Program-made: the position numbers and the translations under genes
In this document: positions 37,401 through 49,900 of the stretch, piece by piece
Numbering within the stretch: position 1 is the stretch's first letter
Layout: each line of letters starts with the position of its first letter
The notes under the pieces: model-generated
Told to the model about the DNA's origin: nothing
Seen by the model: only the letters and a program-made list of their open reading frames with translations
Databases searched by the model: none
From: Macrostomum lignano
Lineage: Eukaryota
NCBI GenBank assembly: GCA_002269645.1
Contig: NIVC01000276.1
Location: 1 to 64,000, forward strand
DNA length: 64,000 nt
Direction of reading: 5' to 3'

Positions 37401-40400
37401 TGTGTATAGTAATCCCCCTTAGTCCATGGACTAAAAAATTTATACAACCTATAGATATGCCACAGAATAGCTACGGCTAAGTTGTTGGTTGCACATCTGC
37501 CCATTAGGGCAAGTGTAATCAAATATTATTATTATTAGTGTCTAAAAAAATATTTTAAAAACCATTTTATCCTTGAAACTATATTCCAATATCTTAAAGA
37601 TTTGGCCCCTAGTTATTTTGACATCTAAGGTTTCCTTTATCTTTAAATTAAGATCCTAATCCTATTGAAACCAAAAAATTGATCTTATCCAAAACCTGTT
37701 TATAAATTAGATAGGGATCCTAATTTAACTCTTATAGTCATATAATCTTGAGGTCTTAGCAGGTATTATGCCTAAATTGTCCAAGTTTCTATCTTAATTT
37801 TGTGTATATCATGATCTATATTATAAAAGAATTGCTATCTTTACTGGACAGATTAGCTGATTATAATATAATATCTAATTATTGGTAACAGTGTGGATCA
37901 TTGTTGATATTTATAATAAGTAAATGGTTTGTAATACTTCTTAAGATATGTTTTATAGTTAAATACATATTTTTTGCGGCTATAATAATCAAAAAGATAA
38001 AATAATTTTACAGTTTTTCTTGTTTTACACGTTTTATATTTTTATTAGTACTTAGTCATTAGATATTGGAAAATTTCAGTTAATTATTTGTGAAGAATTA
38101 TAACTTCTTGATTAAGCTAACTTTAGCCATTATTGAAAACTTAATATTCATGATCATTATAGTCATTATGGTTTATTTAACTATATTCTAACAAGCATAA
38201 AATTTTGCTTTTAGTATGCCTTTTTGCAGATGTAAAAACCAGTTTTTTATTTTAGAGATATAGACACTCAGTAGTATCTAATGCAACCCAATGCTAGTCA
38301 AGTAGGCAACAGAAGAGTGGTGTCAAGGGGAGATAGAGATATAGACACTCAGTAGTATCTAATGCAACCCAATGCTAGCAAGTAGGCAAGAAGAGTGGTG
38401 TCAAGGGGAGATAGAGATATAGACACTCAGTAGTATCTAATGCAACCCAATGCTAGCAAGTAGGCAATGGAAGAGTGGTGTCAAGGGGAGATAGAGATAT
38501 AGACACTCAGTAGTATCTAATGCAACCCAATGCTAGTCAAGTAGGCAATGGAAGAGTGGTGTCAAGGGGAGATAGAGATATAGACACTCAGTAGTATCTA
38601 ATGCAACCCAATGCTAGGCAAGTAGGCAATGGAAGAGTGGTGTCAAGGGGAGATAGAGATATAGACACTCAGTAGTATCTAATGCAACCCAATGCTAGTC
38701 AAGTAGGCAATGGAAGAGTGGTGTCAAGGGGAGATAGAGATATAGACACTCAGTAGTATCTAATGCAACCCAATGCTAGTCAAGTAGGCAATGGAAGAGT
38801 GGTGTCAAGGGGAGAAACAAAAGTCAGGTAGGCAGTAGCTTAGGCAGACAGGTAAAGCCCAGCCAATCGCGCTATTCTGAAGGGAAGAGGCAAGCGAGGC
38901 AAGCCAAACATGGGGCAGCAGTGAAAAGAGAAACAAAGGAAATAAACATCCACAGGAATTCACCACAATTACACAAGTTTGACTAATCCAGAATGGATCG
39001 CTATTGTTTGTTGTTCAGCTGCTAACCCCCGGCTCCGCTCACCCCGCTGTCAGAGATGGTCGACTCCATGAAGGCGGTGGCCATGATGGACGTGGAGCTG
39101 ACTGTCGAGGAGCGCAACCTGCTGTCCGTGGCGTACAAGAACGTCATCGGAGCCAGACGGGCCTCCTGGCGTATCATGAGCAGCATCGAGCAGAAGGAGG
39201 AGAGCAAATCCGGCAGCGAGAAGCTGGAATTAATCCGCAGCTTCCGCTCGCAGGTTGAGAAGGAGCTCAAAAAAATCTGCGACGACATCCTGGACGTGCT
39301 GGAGACGCACCTCATTCCCAACGCCACAGTGGCCGAGTCCCGGGTATTCTACTACAAGATGAAGGGCGATTACCTGCGCTACCTGGCCGAGTTCGCCACG
39401 GGAGCCGAGCGCAAGGAGGCGGCCGAGAACAGTCTGACTGCCTACAAGGCCGCCACGGACATTGCCAACACGCAGCTGAAGCCAACTCACCCAATCAGGC
39501 TGGGCCTCGCTCTCAACTTCTCCGTGTTCTACTATGAGATTCTCAACTCGGCTGATAGAGCCTGCAAACTCGCCAAGACCGCTTTTGATGAGGCCATCGC
39601 CGAGCTGGACACGCTGTCCGAGGAGTCGTACAAGGACAGCACACTGATTATGCAACTGCTGCGGGACAACCTCACACTGTGGACCTCCGACATGCAGGCC
39701 GCTGGCGAGGGTGAGTTTCCTCGGAGTTCACGGGGAGTGGAATTTATTCACATTCCCAGGAGTTCACGGCGAGTGGAATTCATTCACATTCCCAGAAGTT
39801 CACGGGGAGTGGAATTCATTCACATTCCCAGGAGTTCACGGGGAGTGGAATTCATTCACGTTCCCAGGAGTTCACGGGGAGTGGAATTCATTCACATTCC
39901 CAGGAGTTCACGGGGAGTGGAATTCATTCACGTTCCCAGGAGTTCACGGGGAGTGGAATTCATTCAAGTTCCCAGGAGTTCACGGGAAGTGGAATTCATT
40001 CACGTTCCCAGGAGTTCACGGGGAGTGGAATTCATTCACATTCCCAGGAGTTCACGGGGAGTGGAATTCATTCACGTTCCCAGGAGTTCACGGGGAGTAG
40101 AATTCATTCAAGTTCCCAGGAGTTCACGGGGAGGAGTTCACGGGGAGTGGAATTCATTCACATTCCCAGGAGTTCACGGGGAGTGGAATTCATTCACATT
40201 CCCAGGAGTTCACGGGGAGTGGAATTCATTCACATTCCAGGAGTTCACGGGGAGTGGAATTCATTCACATTCCAGGAGTTCACGGGGAGTGGAATTCATT
40301 CACATTCCCAGGAGTTCACGGGGAGTGGAATTCATTCACATTCCCCGGAGTTCACGGGGAGTGGAATTCATTCACATTCCCGGAGTTCACGGGAGTGGAA

Positions 40401-42277
40401 TTCATTCACATTCCCGGAGTTCACAGGGAGTGGAATTCATTCACATTCCCGGAGTTCACGGGAGTGGAATTCATTCACATTCCCAGGAGTTCACGGGGAG
40501 TGGAATTCATTCACATTCCCGGAGTTCACGGGAGTGGAATTCATTCACATTCCCAGGAGTTCACGGGAAGTGGAATTCATTCACATTCCCAGGAGTTCAC
40601 GGGGAGTGGAATTCATTCACATTCCCCGGAGTTCACAGGAAGTGGAATTCATTCACATTCCCGGAGTTCACGGGAGTGGAATTCATTCACATTCCCAGGA
40701 GTTCACGGGGAGTGGAATTCATTCACATTCCCAGGAGTTCACGGGGAGTGGAATTCATTCACATTCCCAGGAGTTCACGGGAGTGGAATTCATTCACATT
40801 CCCAGGAGTTCACGGGGAGTGGAATTCATTCACATTCCCAGGAGTTCACGGGGAGTGGAATTCATTCACATTCCCGGAGTTCACAGGGGGAGTGGAATTC
40901 ATTCACATTCCCAGGAGTTCACGGGGAGTGGAATTCATTCACATTCCCAGGAGTTCACGGGGAGTGGAATTCATTCACATTCCAGGAGTTCACGGGGAGT
41001 GGAATTCATTCACATTCCCAGGAGTTCACGGGGAGTGGAATTCATTCACATTCCCAGGAGTTCACGGGGAGTGGAATTCATTCACATTCCCAGGAGTTCA
41101 CGGGGAGTGGAATTCATTCACATTCCCGGAGTTCACAGGGAGTGGAATTCATTCACGTTCCCTGGAGTTCACGGGAGTGGAATTCATTCACATTCCCGGA
41201 GTTCACGGGAGTGGAATTCATTCACATTCCCAGGAGTTCACGGGGAGTGGAATTCATTCACATTCCAGGAGTTCACGGGGAGTGGAATTCATTCACATTC
41301 CAGGAGTTCACGGGAGTGGAATTCATTCACATTCCCAGGAGTTCACGGGGAGTGGAATTCATTCACATTCCCGGAGTTCACGGGGAGTGGAATTCATTCA
41401 CATTCCCGGAGTTCACGGGAGTGGAATTCATTCACATTCCCGGAGTTCACAGGGAGTGGAATTCATTCACATTCCCGGAGTTCACAGGAGTGGAATTCAT
41501 TCACATTCCCAGGAGTTCACGGGGAGTGGAATTCATTCACATTCCCGGAGTTCACGGGGAGTGGAATTCATTCACATTCCCAGGAGTTCACGGGGAGTGG
41601 AATTCATTCACATTCCCAGGAGTTCACGGGAGTGGAATTCATTCACATTCCCGGAGTTCACAGGAGTGGAATTCATTCACATTCCCGGAGTTCACAGGGA
41701 GTGGAATTCATTCACATTCCCCGGAGTTCACAGGAAGTGGAATTCATTCACATTCCCAGGAGTTCACAGGAGTGGAATTCATTCACATTCCCAGGAGTTC
41801 ACGGGGAGTGGAATTCATTCACATTCCCAGGAGTTCACAGGAGTGGAATTCATTCACATTCCCGGAGTTCACAGGAGTGGAATTCATTCACATTCCCGGA
41901 GTTCACAGGAAGTGGAATTCATTCACATTCCCAGGAGTTCACAGGAAGTGGAATTCATTCACATTCCCAGGAGTTCACAGGAGTGGAATTCATTCACATT
42001 CCCCGGAGTTCACGGGAGTGGAATTCATTCACATTCCCGGAGTTCACGGGGAGTGGAATTCATTCACATTCCCCGGAGTTCACGGGGAGTGGAATTCATT
42101 CACATTCCCCGGAGTTCACGGGGAGTGGAATTCATTCACATTCCCCAGTATTCGCAGCCCCAACAAATGCAGTGGTACAGAGTCTTAATAATCGAGCAAC
42201 CGCAGTAAACCCTCTTACAAACTGGCCAAATTGCAGAAGAAAAAGATCCGGAAGAGCAGCCAAAGGAGGGCAACTAA
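31476..42277 (+). CDS. YWHAE: 14-3-3 epsilon; coding exons 31476-31545, 39054-39710, 42237-42277
   Basis: [23 protein letters not shown]|[77 protein letters not shown]. Phase-1 GT-AG intron after YD. Donor GTGAG at 39711. The predicted terminal exon (ttgcag|AAGAAAAAGAT..TAA) gives [13 protein letters not shown] and is less certain than exons 1-2. Confidence 0.97.
32671..33307. repeat. Diverged ~319-bp tandem duplication in 14-3-3 intron 1
   Basis: Both units start gttcaaggcta (32671, 32990), share aaaagctctt..aaaataattagaaact and agtttttagcaaa, and end in gatcca(g)(g/a)ctatgg. Confidence 0.8.
34205..34425 (+). repeat. Dispersed repeat family, copy 1 (copy 2 at ~57655-57875)
   Basis: Shares agagccaagccgagattccaatt..gactgca..gagcctggg..gctggcac and flanks with the sequence in VPS52 intron 7. 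Confidence 0.85.
35500..36410 (-). mobile_element. hAT transposase remnant with BED zinc finger
   Basis: [38 protein letters not shown] (zf-BED, 36407-36240). [25 protein letters not shown] (~35900-35820) matches the hAT IA.D..PFS.VE..GF motif. Confidence 0.8.
37245..37541 (+). mobile_element. Decayed tRNA-derived SINE (CORE-like central domain)
   Basis: Degenerate B-box-like gggtttggttcttgacc; central tgtatccttgaacaagacacttaag..tgcttcagttcaacctagctatagaatgggtact, resembling the TCCTTGGGCAAGACACTT core; (tta)n tail at ~37527-37538. Confidence 0.5.
38253..38815. repeat. ~80-bp tandem repeat x7 near the 3' end of 14-3-3 intron 1
   Basis: Unit tagagatatagacactcagtagtatctaatgcaacccaatgctagtcaagtaggcaatggaagagtggtgtcaaggggaga, seven near-identical copies. 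Confidence 0.97.
39717..42146. repeat. 34-36-bp minisatellite (~68 copies) filling 14-3-3 intron 2
   Basis: Unit GGAGTTCACGGGGAGTGGAATTCATTCACATTCCCA with homopolymer-length variants; EcoRI site in nearly every unit. Confidence 0.98.
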
Positions 42278-43299
42278 TGGCTTATTTAAAACAAGTGTCC
42301 GACTAACTGAGCGTGTTTAAATGATGACTAAGAAACACACTACTGTTTATTGAACTTTACCAAGTAAACTTATTCAATGTGTAGTCTGTTACACTCGCTA
42401 ATCCTGTCTCTCGTAGTCAGCTCGGCTTTCTCATTTGAAAAATCAATATAGTTTGTTCTGTTATGCCGCTAATTTAGCTGGCTTGGTATCAGACTCACAA
42501 CTAGTCATGTAGTGCACTGTTTTAAATTGCTTAAAGCTGTGGTTTTACAACATTTTTATTTGCTATAAAGCAGTTTGCGTTTTCAGTCTCAGCAATTCAT
42601 CAATTAGTGTGTTGCAAAATTTTGCTTTCAGTGTTGTTATTAAATGTTTTATTTTCAATTGAGCTCTGCTTGTATCTTCGTTACCTCTGTTACCTCGGGC
42701 ATGAGTGGTTGATTTTAACATAAATTTACGTATAAAATATTCATACAATAAAATTTCGGATTGACTTGCAATAAAATTGACTCTAGCAACGGCAGTGACA
42801 GTGAGTGACAGTTCATCCTTGATTCGGTCAGCTGTGTTTTTCAAGTTGGATAGGCGTTTAACCGTTTCATTTTTGTTGTTGCAAATTTCACTTTTATTCC
42901 CCCCCCCCTTCTCTCGAGTTTTTTCTCTTTTTATCTTTAAGCGCTTCTGTTTTCTTTTTTCATTTTTTCGTTACTTTCAATTTGTTAAAAATGCGATTGT
43001 GCAATTCAACTTTTTAGCCTATGCTTGTTATTATAATTGTCGGCTTCTTAATGCTTTATTGTTTAGTTATATACGTACTTTATGCTGCGCTCTTTTGGAC
43101 TATTTTATATCCTAGCAACAAGCAGTTCTGTCTGTGTGTCACACGGTTTTAAGCACTTTAAAATAATAATAATCCAGTTTTGCACCACTGTTAGAGTAAA
43201 ATATATAATTAAAGAGCAAGCGAACTTTTTTATTCTGCATCCCTCCTAAAGCAAGGTTAAACTGGTTGCTCTGTTTGATCGGTTGGTCTGGCTGACCTT

Positions 43300-43800
43300 A
43301 AGAGTTCTAAGAAACTGAGAACTATGAGCAAGATTTCTGAGAAACTAAGAATCGAGATTTCTAAGAAACTATAAATCATTAGTAGATTTCTTAGAAACTA
43401 GGAACCAAAAAAGTAGATTTCTTAGAAACCATAAGGAAGCATAAGTGAGATTTCTTAGAAATCAGGAAGCATAAGTAAGATTTCTTAGAAACTGAGAAGC
43501 ACGAGTGAGGTTTCTAAGAAACTGAGAAGCATAAATGAGATTTCTTAGAAACTAGGAAGCATAAGTAGATTTCTTGGAAACTAGGAAGCATAAGTAGATT
43601 TCTTGGAAACTAGGAAGCATAAGTAGATTTCTTGGAAACTAGGAAGCATAAGTAGATTTCTTGGAAACTAGGAAGCATAAGTAGATTTCTTGGAAAAAAA
43701 GAAAGCATGAGTGAAGTTTCTAAGGAACTAGGAAGCTTGAGCGATATTTCTAGGAAACTATAATGCTTAAGTTATATTTCTAACAAACTAAAAGCCATGA
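43300..43800. repeat. 29-bp tandem repeat between 14-3-3 and VPS52
   Basis: Unit agcataagtagatttcttggaaactagga; perfect copies at ~43555-43695 and degenerate copies on both sides. Confidence 0.9.
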
Positions 43801-43933
43801 GTGAGAGTTGTATCATAAGTTGCTAAGAGGATAAGGCGCAACGTTTAATAATTGTAGCTGTTGAATAACCTGCAATATGCTGCGCATTTCAGCTACACCC
43901 CTTAACCAGTGACTTGCTGACTTGACTGACCTC

Positions 43934-46900
43934 ATGGAGGCGACCGCTGATCAGTTTCCGGAGCGAGTTCTTGGTCAGTGCTATCGAATGTTTGGTATAC
44001 TTGTAAATATACAAATGCTTTAGTATGTGTAAATCAAGTGCAAGGCCATTCTGAATTTCAATTTTGCAGATCATATTGAAGAAAATCTAGCTGATGACGA
44101 AGTTCGACAGGCTCTTCAGTCCGTGAGTAAATTTGACCAAAAGCGCCTGAAATCCTATGAGAATACTATGGGATCTGACCCTGAGATCTGCCTGAAATCC
44201 CATGGGATCTGACCCTGAGCACTGCCTAAAATCCCATGGGATCTGACTCTGAGCACTGCCTGAAATTCCATGGGATCTGACTCTGAGCACTGCCTGAAAT
44301 TCCATGAGATCTGACTTTGAGCACTGCCTGAGATCCCATGGGATCTGACTCTGAGCACTGCCTGGGATCCCATGGGATCTGACTCTGAGCACTGCCTGAG
44401 ATCCCATGGGATCTGACTCTAAGCACTGCCTGGGATCCCATGGGATCTGACTCTGAGCACTGCCTGAGATCCCATGGGATCTGACTCTGAGCACTGCCTG
44501 AGATCCCATGGGATCTGACTCTGAGCACTGCCTGAGATCCCATGGGATCTGACTCTGAGCACTGCCTAAAATCCATGGGATCTGACTCTGAGCACTGCCT
44601 GAAATTCCATGAGAGAATTCCATGATGAGATCATTCCATTGCAGGGCGTGGACTTGCGCGACTATTCCCGCCAGGTCGAGTCGCAGCTAGATGCAGCTCA
44701 GGCTCTCAGCATCCAAGACTGTAAGTGCCTGTATTAGATTGCCTTAATTGCCTGTAGAAAAGCAGCTGAAAGAATTATTAATGCATCTCTCAAGCAGACA
44801 CTGCAGGTTGCTTTGAGGCACACCTTTGCTCGATTTTTGTCATTTGCCTGTTTTCCTTCCTGGCCCTTATGTTAAAATCTACCTGCCCTGAGAGCCGTAC
44901 TAAAAGGATATACAATCAGTTGCAAAAGTTCGTGAGTTCTAAGGCTGTCTTTTACTAATTACCCTTCCTCATGAGAGCCTCCTGCTTTCTCTCTCTGTGC
45001 GTTATGGTTGTCAACACTATTCTTTTAGCTGATTTTTGAGAAGCCCTACTCAAAGTAATTTCATCTTGTTATTGAATTTTATAAGGCGTCTTGACGTCAA
45101 ATGCATGCTTGGATAGAGTCTGTTCCATATCGTATCGCTAATCTGGAGGTGTGCTCGCACTCGTGTTATCCCCCCCTCTCTCTCTCTAGCTAGCTTTGCA
45201 TTTTCCTCCTCGCGTGTAAAGCTTCTTTTTGCTGCTTCTAGGGGAGAGGCTGGGGGGCAATAGATTTTCTGCGCATGCAGGGTAAATCGCCGGCTAGTAT
45301 TAGTAAGAAAAGAAGACAGTAGAAAATTGTTGCAACCTTTTGGCCGCCACTTCAAGCATCCGTGGAAAAGAAGAAAAAAGGAAGACTAGGAGAGAAAGTT
45401 ATTCCCCTAAGCTGCACCTTCGCATTGCAGACCTGGGCCAGGCTGTTAACATTGCCCGTCTGCACCGGCAGATCAAGGATTGCGACTCCGTTCTAGAGGT
45501 AAGCCTGCTTGCGTTGCTGGCTTTTCGTGGCTTCTTATTTCTGCTGCTTCTAGAAGCAAAATGAGGCGGAGCTGCAGTTCAGCTGCAAAGAAGTGTTCTC
45601 AGGCTCCTCTGTCATGCGGCATCCGTTTCTCCCGCGTTTGCCAGGCTTATCCTGGCGAATCGGGAGCGCTTCGGAGCAGCAGATGCTCGCCCTGCGCCCG
45701 TGTAGGAAGCCCCGAAACTGGCCATCGGACCCCCCCCCCCGGCCTGTGGGCATCGCTCACAGTTTGCCATATCCATGCTCCCGGCTTCTCTTCCCCTCTC
45801 CTGTCTGACCCTCTCGCTCACAGTTTTTATTTCATGTACATTGCCCGTCTGTACTGTGCGCCTAGAACTGGTGATGAACTCGGTAACAGCCAGTCAGCTT
45901 TCTTAGTATGTCTGTATATTGTGTGTCAGCTATATACAGTATTTACCGTATGTATTCCTTTGCTGGATTATAATTAGTCCGTGATCATTTCTTAAAGTCA
46001 CCCGTGTCCCTCCGTCTGTCCCTCGGCCCTCTGGACAGAAAATCTAATTTGTATGAGAGATGTCTCAAAGTAGTAATCAGGTCTATCATGCCTAGTTCTC
46101 GCTCTTCTTTGGTTCATATGGGATTTATCTAATATTCGCATGACCTACTGTTAGTAGCACTGATGCTGTTTAACCTTATAGTAGCCTTGTAGGTAGTGAA
46201 TTTTAGTAAAGCATTCGATTTAAACAAATTATCAGTCACTGAACACTGAAGTGAGCAACCAGATGTGTCACTGAAGTGAGCAACCAGATGTGTCACTGCA
46301 GTGAGCAACCAGATGTGTCACTGTAGTGAGCAACCAGTGTGTCACTGTAGTGAGCAACCAGATGTGTCACTGAAGTAAGCAACCAGATGTGTCACTGTAG
46401 TGAGCAACCAGATGTGTCACTGTAGTGAGCAACCAGTGTGTCACTGTAGTGAGCAACCAGATGTGTCACTGAAGTGAGCAACCAGATGTGTCACTGTAGT
46501 GAGCAACCAGTGTGTCACTGTAGTGAGCAACCAGATGTGTCACTGAAGTAAGCAACCAGATGTGTCACTGAAGTGAGCAACCAGATGTGTCACTGTAGTG
46601 AGCAACCAGTGTGTCACTGTAGTGAGCAACCAGTGTGTCACTGAAGTGAGCAACCAGTGTGTCACTGAAGTGAGCAACCAGATGTGTCACTGAAGTAAGC
46701 AACCAGATGCCATGGACCACTGTAGTAGAAAGACTCGGCACTCACGAATCACGGAAAAAGCAAATTTTTATACTGCCTCTTCAGATACAGATGTTAAGGT
46801 AATTTTTGGACAATATGAGCAGCTGAATGTTTTAAGCACATTGGCTGACCTTTCCACCCGTTTTAATGATGTTTGTCACTTTCAATGAAGATTTTGGGTA

Positions 46901-49900
46901 CTGTACTCTGATAGCGCAGTGGCGCAGTGGTACGGATAATGCTTTTAGTATATTGTATAAGTTTGCACACAAGGACCGCACACAATAATTTACACAACCC
47001 GGTTTCGTTTAGCATAAAAACGAGGAACATAAATATGTAAAAAACAGAAGCCAGTCCTGGGGATGTCGAGGCTTACCGCGGGTTAACAGAGTGAATTCGC
47101 TGCTTGCGTTATTGAATAAAACTGGCGAATCTGGGGTCTCTTCTGCAGGAAGTTCCTTGTGCACTGATGTACCCAGCAATGTAAAACAGCGAGGCCTTCT
47201 CATACACTGTGGTGCTATTAACTTTCTCTGGCAGCTGGTCCAGTACTTCCACGTCGGCCTCCTTAATCCCTTCCGTGCAGCAAGGTGGCTGCGCTGGACT
47301 CAGATCAGTCTTCTGTAATTTATGATAGAGTTGCATTTGTCGAAGTCTAGTACTGGCCAAAATTTGATCTACCTACAAATAAAAGTATCCTCCGTGCCCT
47401 TGGCGGTCAGGACCAAACTCGTCCTCCAGTCTATCCGACTGAAGTTCACCTGTGAAGCAAAGAGGTCATTTTAACTTGTGGTTAGGTGCAACCTATTGAT
47501 AGTTTCAGTAAGTACTGAGAGCTTACCTAACAGCACATACGAAAATCTAATCTCGGAGAGTAAACACTGGCTTAGGTCGACAAGGCCATGAACTGTTTGC
47601 ATAATTGCCTTCTGGGTGTCTGTAGTCAGAGATCTGGTGCGCCCAGCACCTCGTCCACCAGGCATGCGCTCAACCATAGCCGAGAAATTTAGCAGCTTTG
47701 CCATGCTGTCAGAATCTATAGACGTCACCGGAGCTTTGAGTTGATCATTAAATACAATGTGAGACTCGACGGACTTGGAATAAACTATTTTCCAAAACAT
47801 TAGTACCTGATTGATGAAATCCTCCGTGCTTCTGTGACCAATCAGGCGAGGTGCTGCATCAGTCTTTTCATTAAAAAATGTCGAGCACCAGTGACACCTG
47901 TCGTTCCAGAGGTGATGGATTGCAAGCAACCCGGGTTAAGTGTGGTTGGATAAACTGCATGTTGGCGCGAGCTCTCCTCAACCTGAACTAAGTCATTCCA
48001 TCGGGCTCGGCGTGGGGGTTCTTCGGGTGCTGGTTGGAAGGCTATTTCCTTGTAGGCCTAGTTAATTTTTACGGATATCCTTTAGAATGTGCACTGTATC
48101 AAACAAGAGGAACAGTGGTTTCTGAGGATCCGCTGGATTCACAGCGCACCATTGTTTGTCTTCCTTGTGCTCAAACTTGTCAAACCAACGTAAATCAGGA
48201 CCAGCCAAGCAACGAAAGCTGATGCATCCATAAAGGGTTTTACCATACAGCTAAAACTGTACATGCCTGCTGCTGTGGGGCATCCTCAGCAAAGCCCACT
48301 CACTAGACGACAGCCGGTTAGGTGCAGTGAAGGCTGTACGTATACTTGGTCAAATTTTACGGTACTCGTACAGAGCAGTAGCGTTGTTCGAGCGTACATT
48401 TCTCCAAATGTAGCTTCAAAATTAGACAGAGAAGCGAATTCCCGTATGGTGCGATAGCCTGCGCGACTGAAGAAATCTAATTTCGCAACTGTTAATATAT
48501 TCTCGGCGTTATACCGAACTCCGTGCACTTGCGCAACACTGAGGTGCAGTTGCCGAACAAGAAAAGACTGCCGCTGCTTGAACTCCTGATAGTATGGTTG
48601 TAAGGCTACCAAATGTGCAGTGAATTTCTTTACCGGATTTTTCATAGAGTGTTTCATTCGATGCAGAATCGCCTCTAATTGACTGAAGCATTCAAATAGC
48701 TTGTTAAAGCCCAGTAGTTCTGCCACAACAACCGCAGTGTTGTGGCGATGTGAATTTACTGAGAAATCGGGCCAAATAGAAACAGAACATTTTACTGTCT
48801 TCTGACAGATGACGACAAATTGAATGCACGAATCATTGCATTGCACTATCCATCCGTTGGGCACACACTCGGGGCTAGCTTGCCTTCTCAAGAAAGCAGC
48901 TCCAGGATCCGATCTTATCGCTGGTATTGAATGTCTGAAGCTCATCAGAAACCTGAGCCCGCTGGCTCAAAGTGATGCCTGGGTGATGAACGTTTCTGGA
49001 TTTCTCTGAAATGAATAAGATCCTGAGTGTTAATGGCTGGAATCAGAGTAAGCAATATTGTAGACAAAATCGGTAATACTCACTAGGGTGGGTCAGGCGT
49101 AGAGAACTTGTAGGCGAGTAAAGAAACTAGGAGAGTAAGTTACATTCTTGAATGCAAAGCACAACAATGGTCTTTAATGTTTTCTCACCTTAACTTCAGA
49201 TGGCAGAGCATTCTTCCACACAGCATAGCCATCTTCTTCATTGGGAAAGCTGTATACTGGCATTCTCTCACCAGTGTCATAGAGTTACTCTTGCAGTCTG
49301 GGAGACAAAATATGCTAAGAAAATCTAATGCAATAACTTTGATCCAATATACGCTCGTATTTCAATGCATATTGAGAAAAGTGAAGTGACAAACCTTTCT
49401 AGACTACTTTGTATTTTGTATTATGTATAATATCTAATATTTGAATTATAACAAGTAGACATGCTAAAATACTAGCACAATACAATAATACTATAAGTAG
49501 TAGCGTGTATAATAAATATAAATATACGAGTAATTATCAAAACAAAAGTAACTAGGTAAATAACTGATTATAGTCATTTAAACTTAAAGTTAAGGATTAA
49601 AAAAAAACTAAACTTAAAGTAAATAAATTTACTTGAAACATGAAAGTAGCTTGAATATGCTAACTGTAACAGCTGTTACATTCCTTGCAGATGTTGCAGC
49701 TGACCTATATTTGCCCTACTTAGATGATTAAGTAGTATAGTAGAGTTATTGAATTATATTCCATTTCGCATACCTTAATTTTTATTCCATAGCTTTGTCT
49801 CAAACTCAAAATCCTAGTAGTATAGAAAAGTGTAATAAGAAGCAATTATTGAATATTGTTATTGTTCTGTTAGCACAAAGGAAAAAACTCAAAGAACGAG

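Noticed and set aside
39056-42306. 1050-aa, 719-aa and 644-aa ORFs with [12 protein letters not shown]-type repeats fused to 14-3-3
   Set aside because: These are read-through into a stop-free minisatellite. A canonical donor (GAGG|GTGAG) at 39711 ends the 14-3-3 exon, and all three frames are open, as expected for a repeat.
42563-43115. Short ORFs downstream of 14-3-3
   Set aside because: AT-rich with no recognisable domain or splice logic; most likely 3' UTR or intergenic sequence.
46912-46980. GCGCAGTGGCGCAGTGGT A-box-like sequence as a tRNA gene
   Set aside because: There is no B box (GTTCRA) or cloverleaf, and it lies inside the P-element end.
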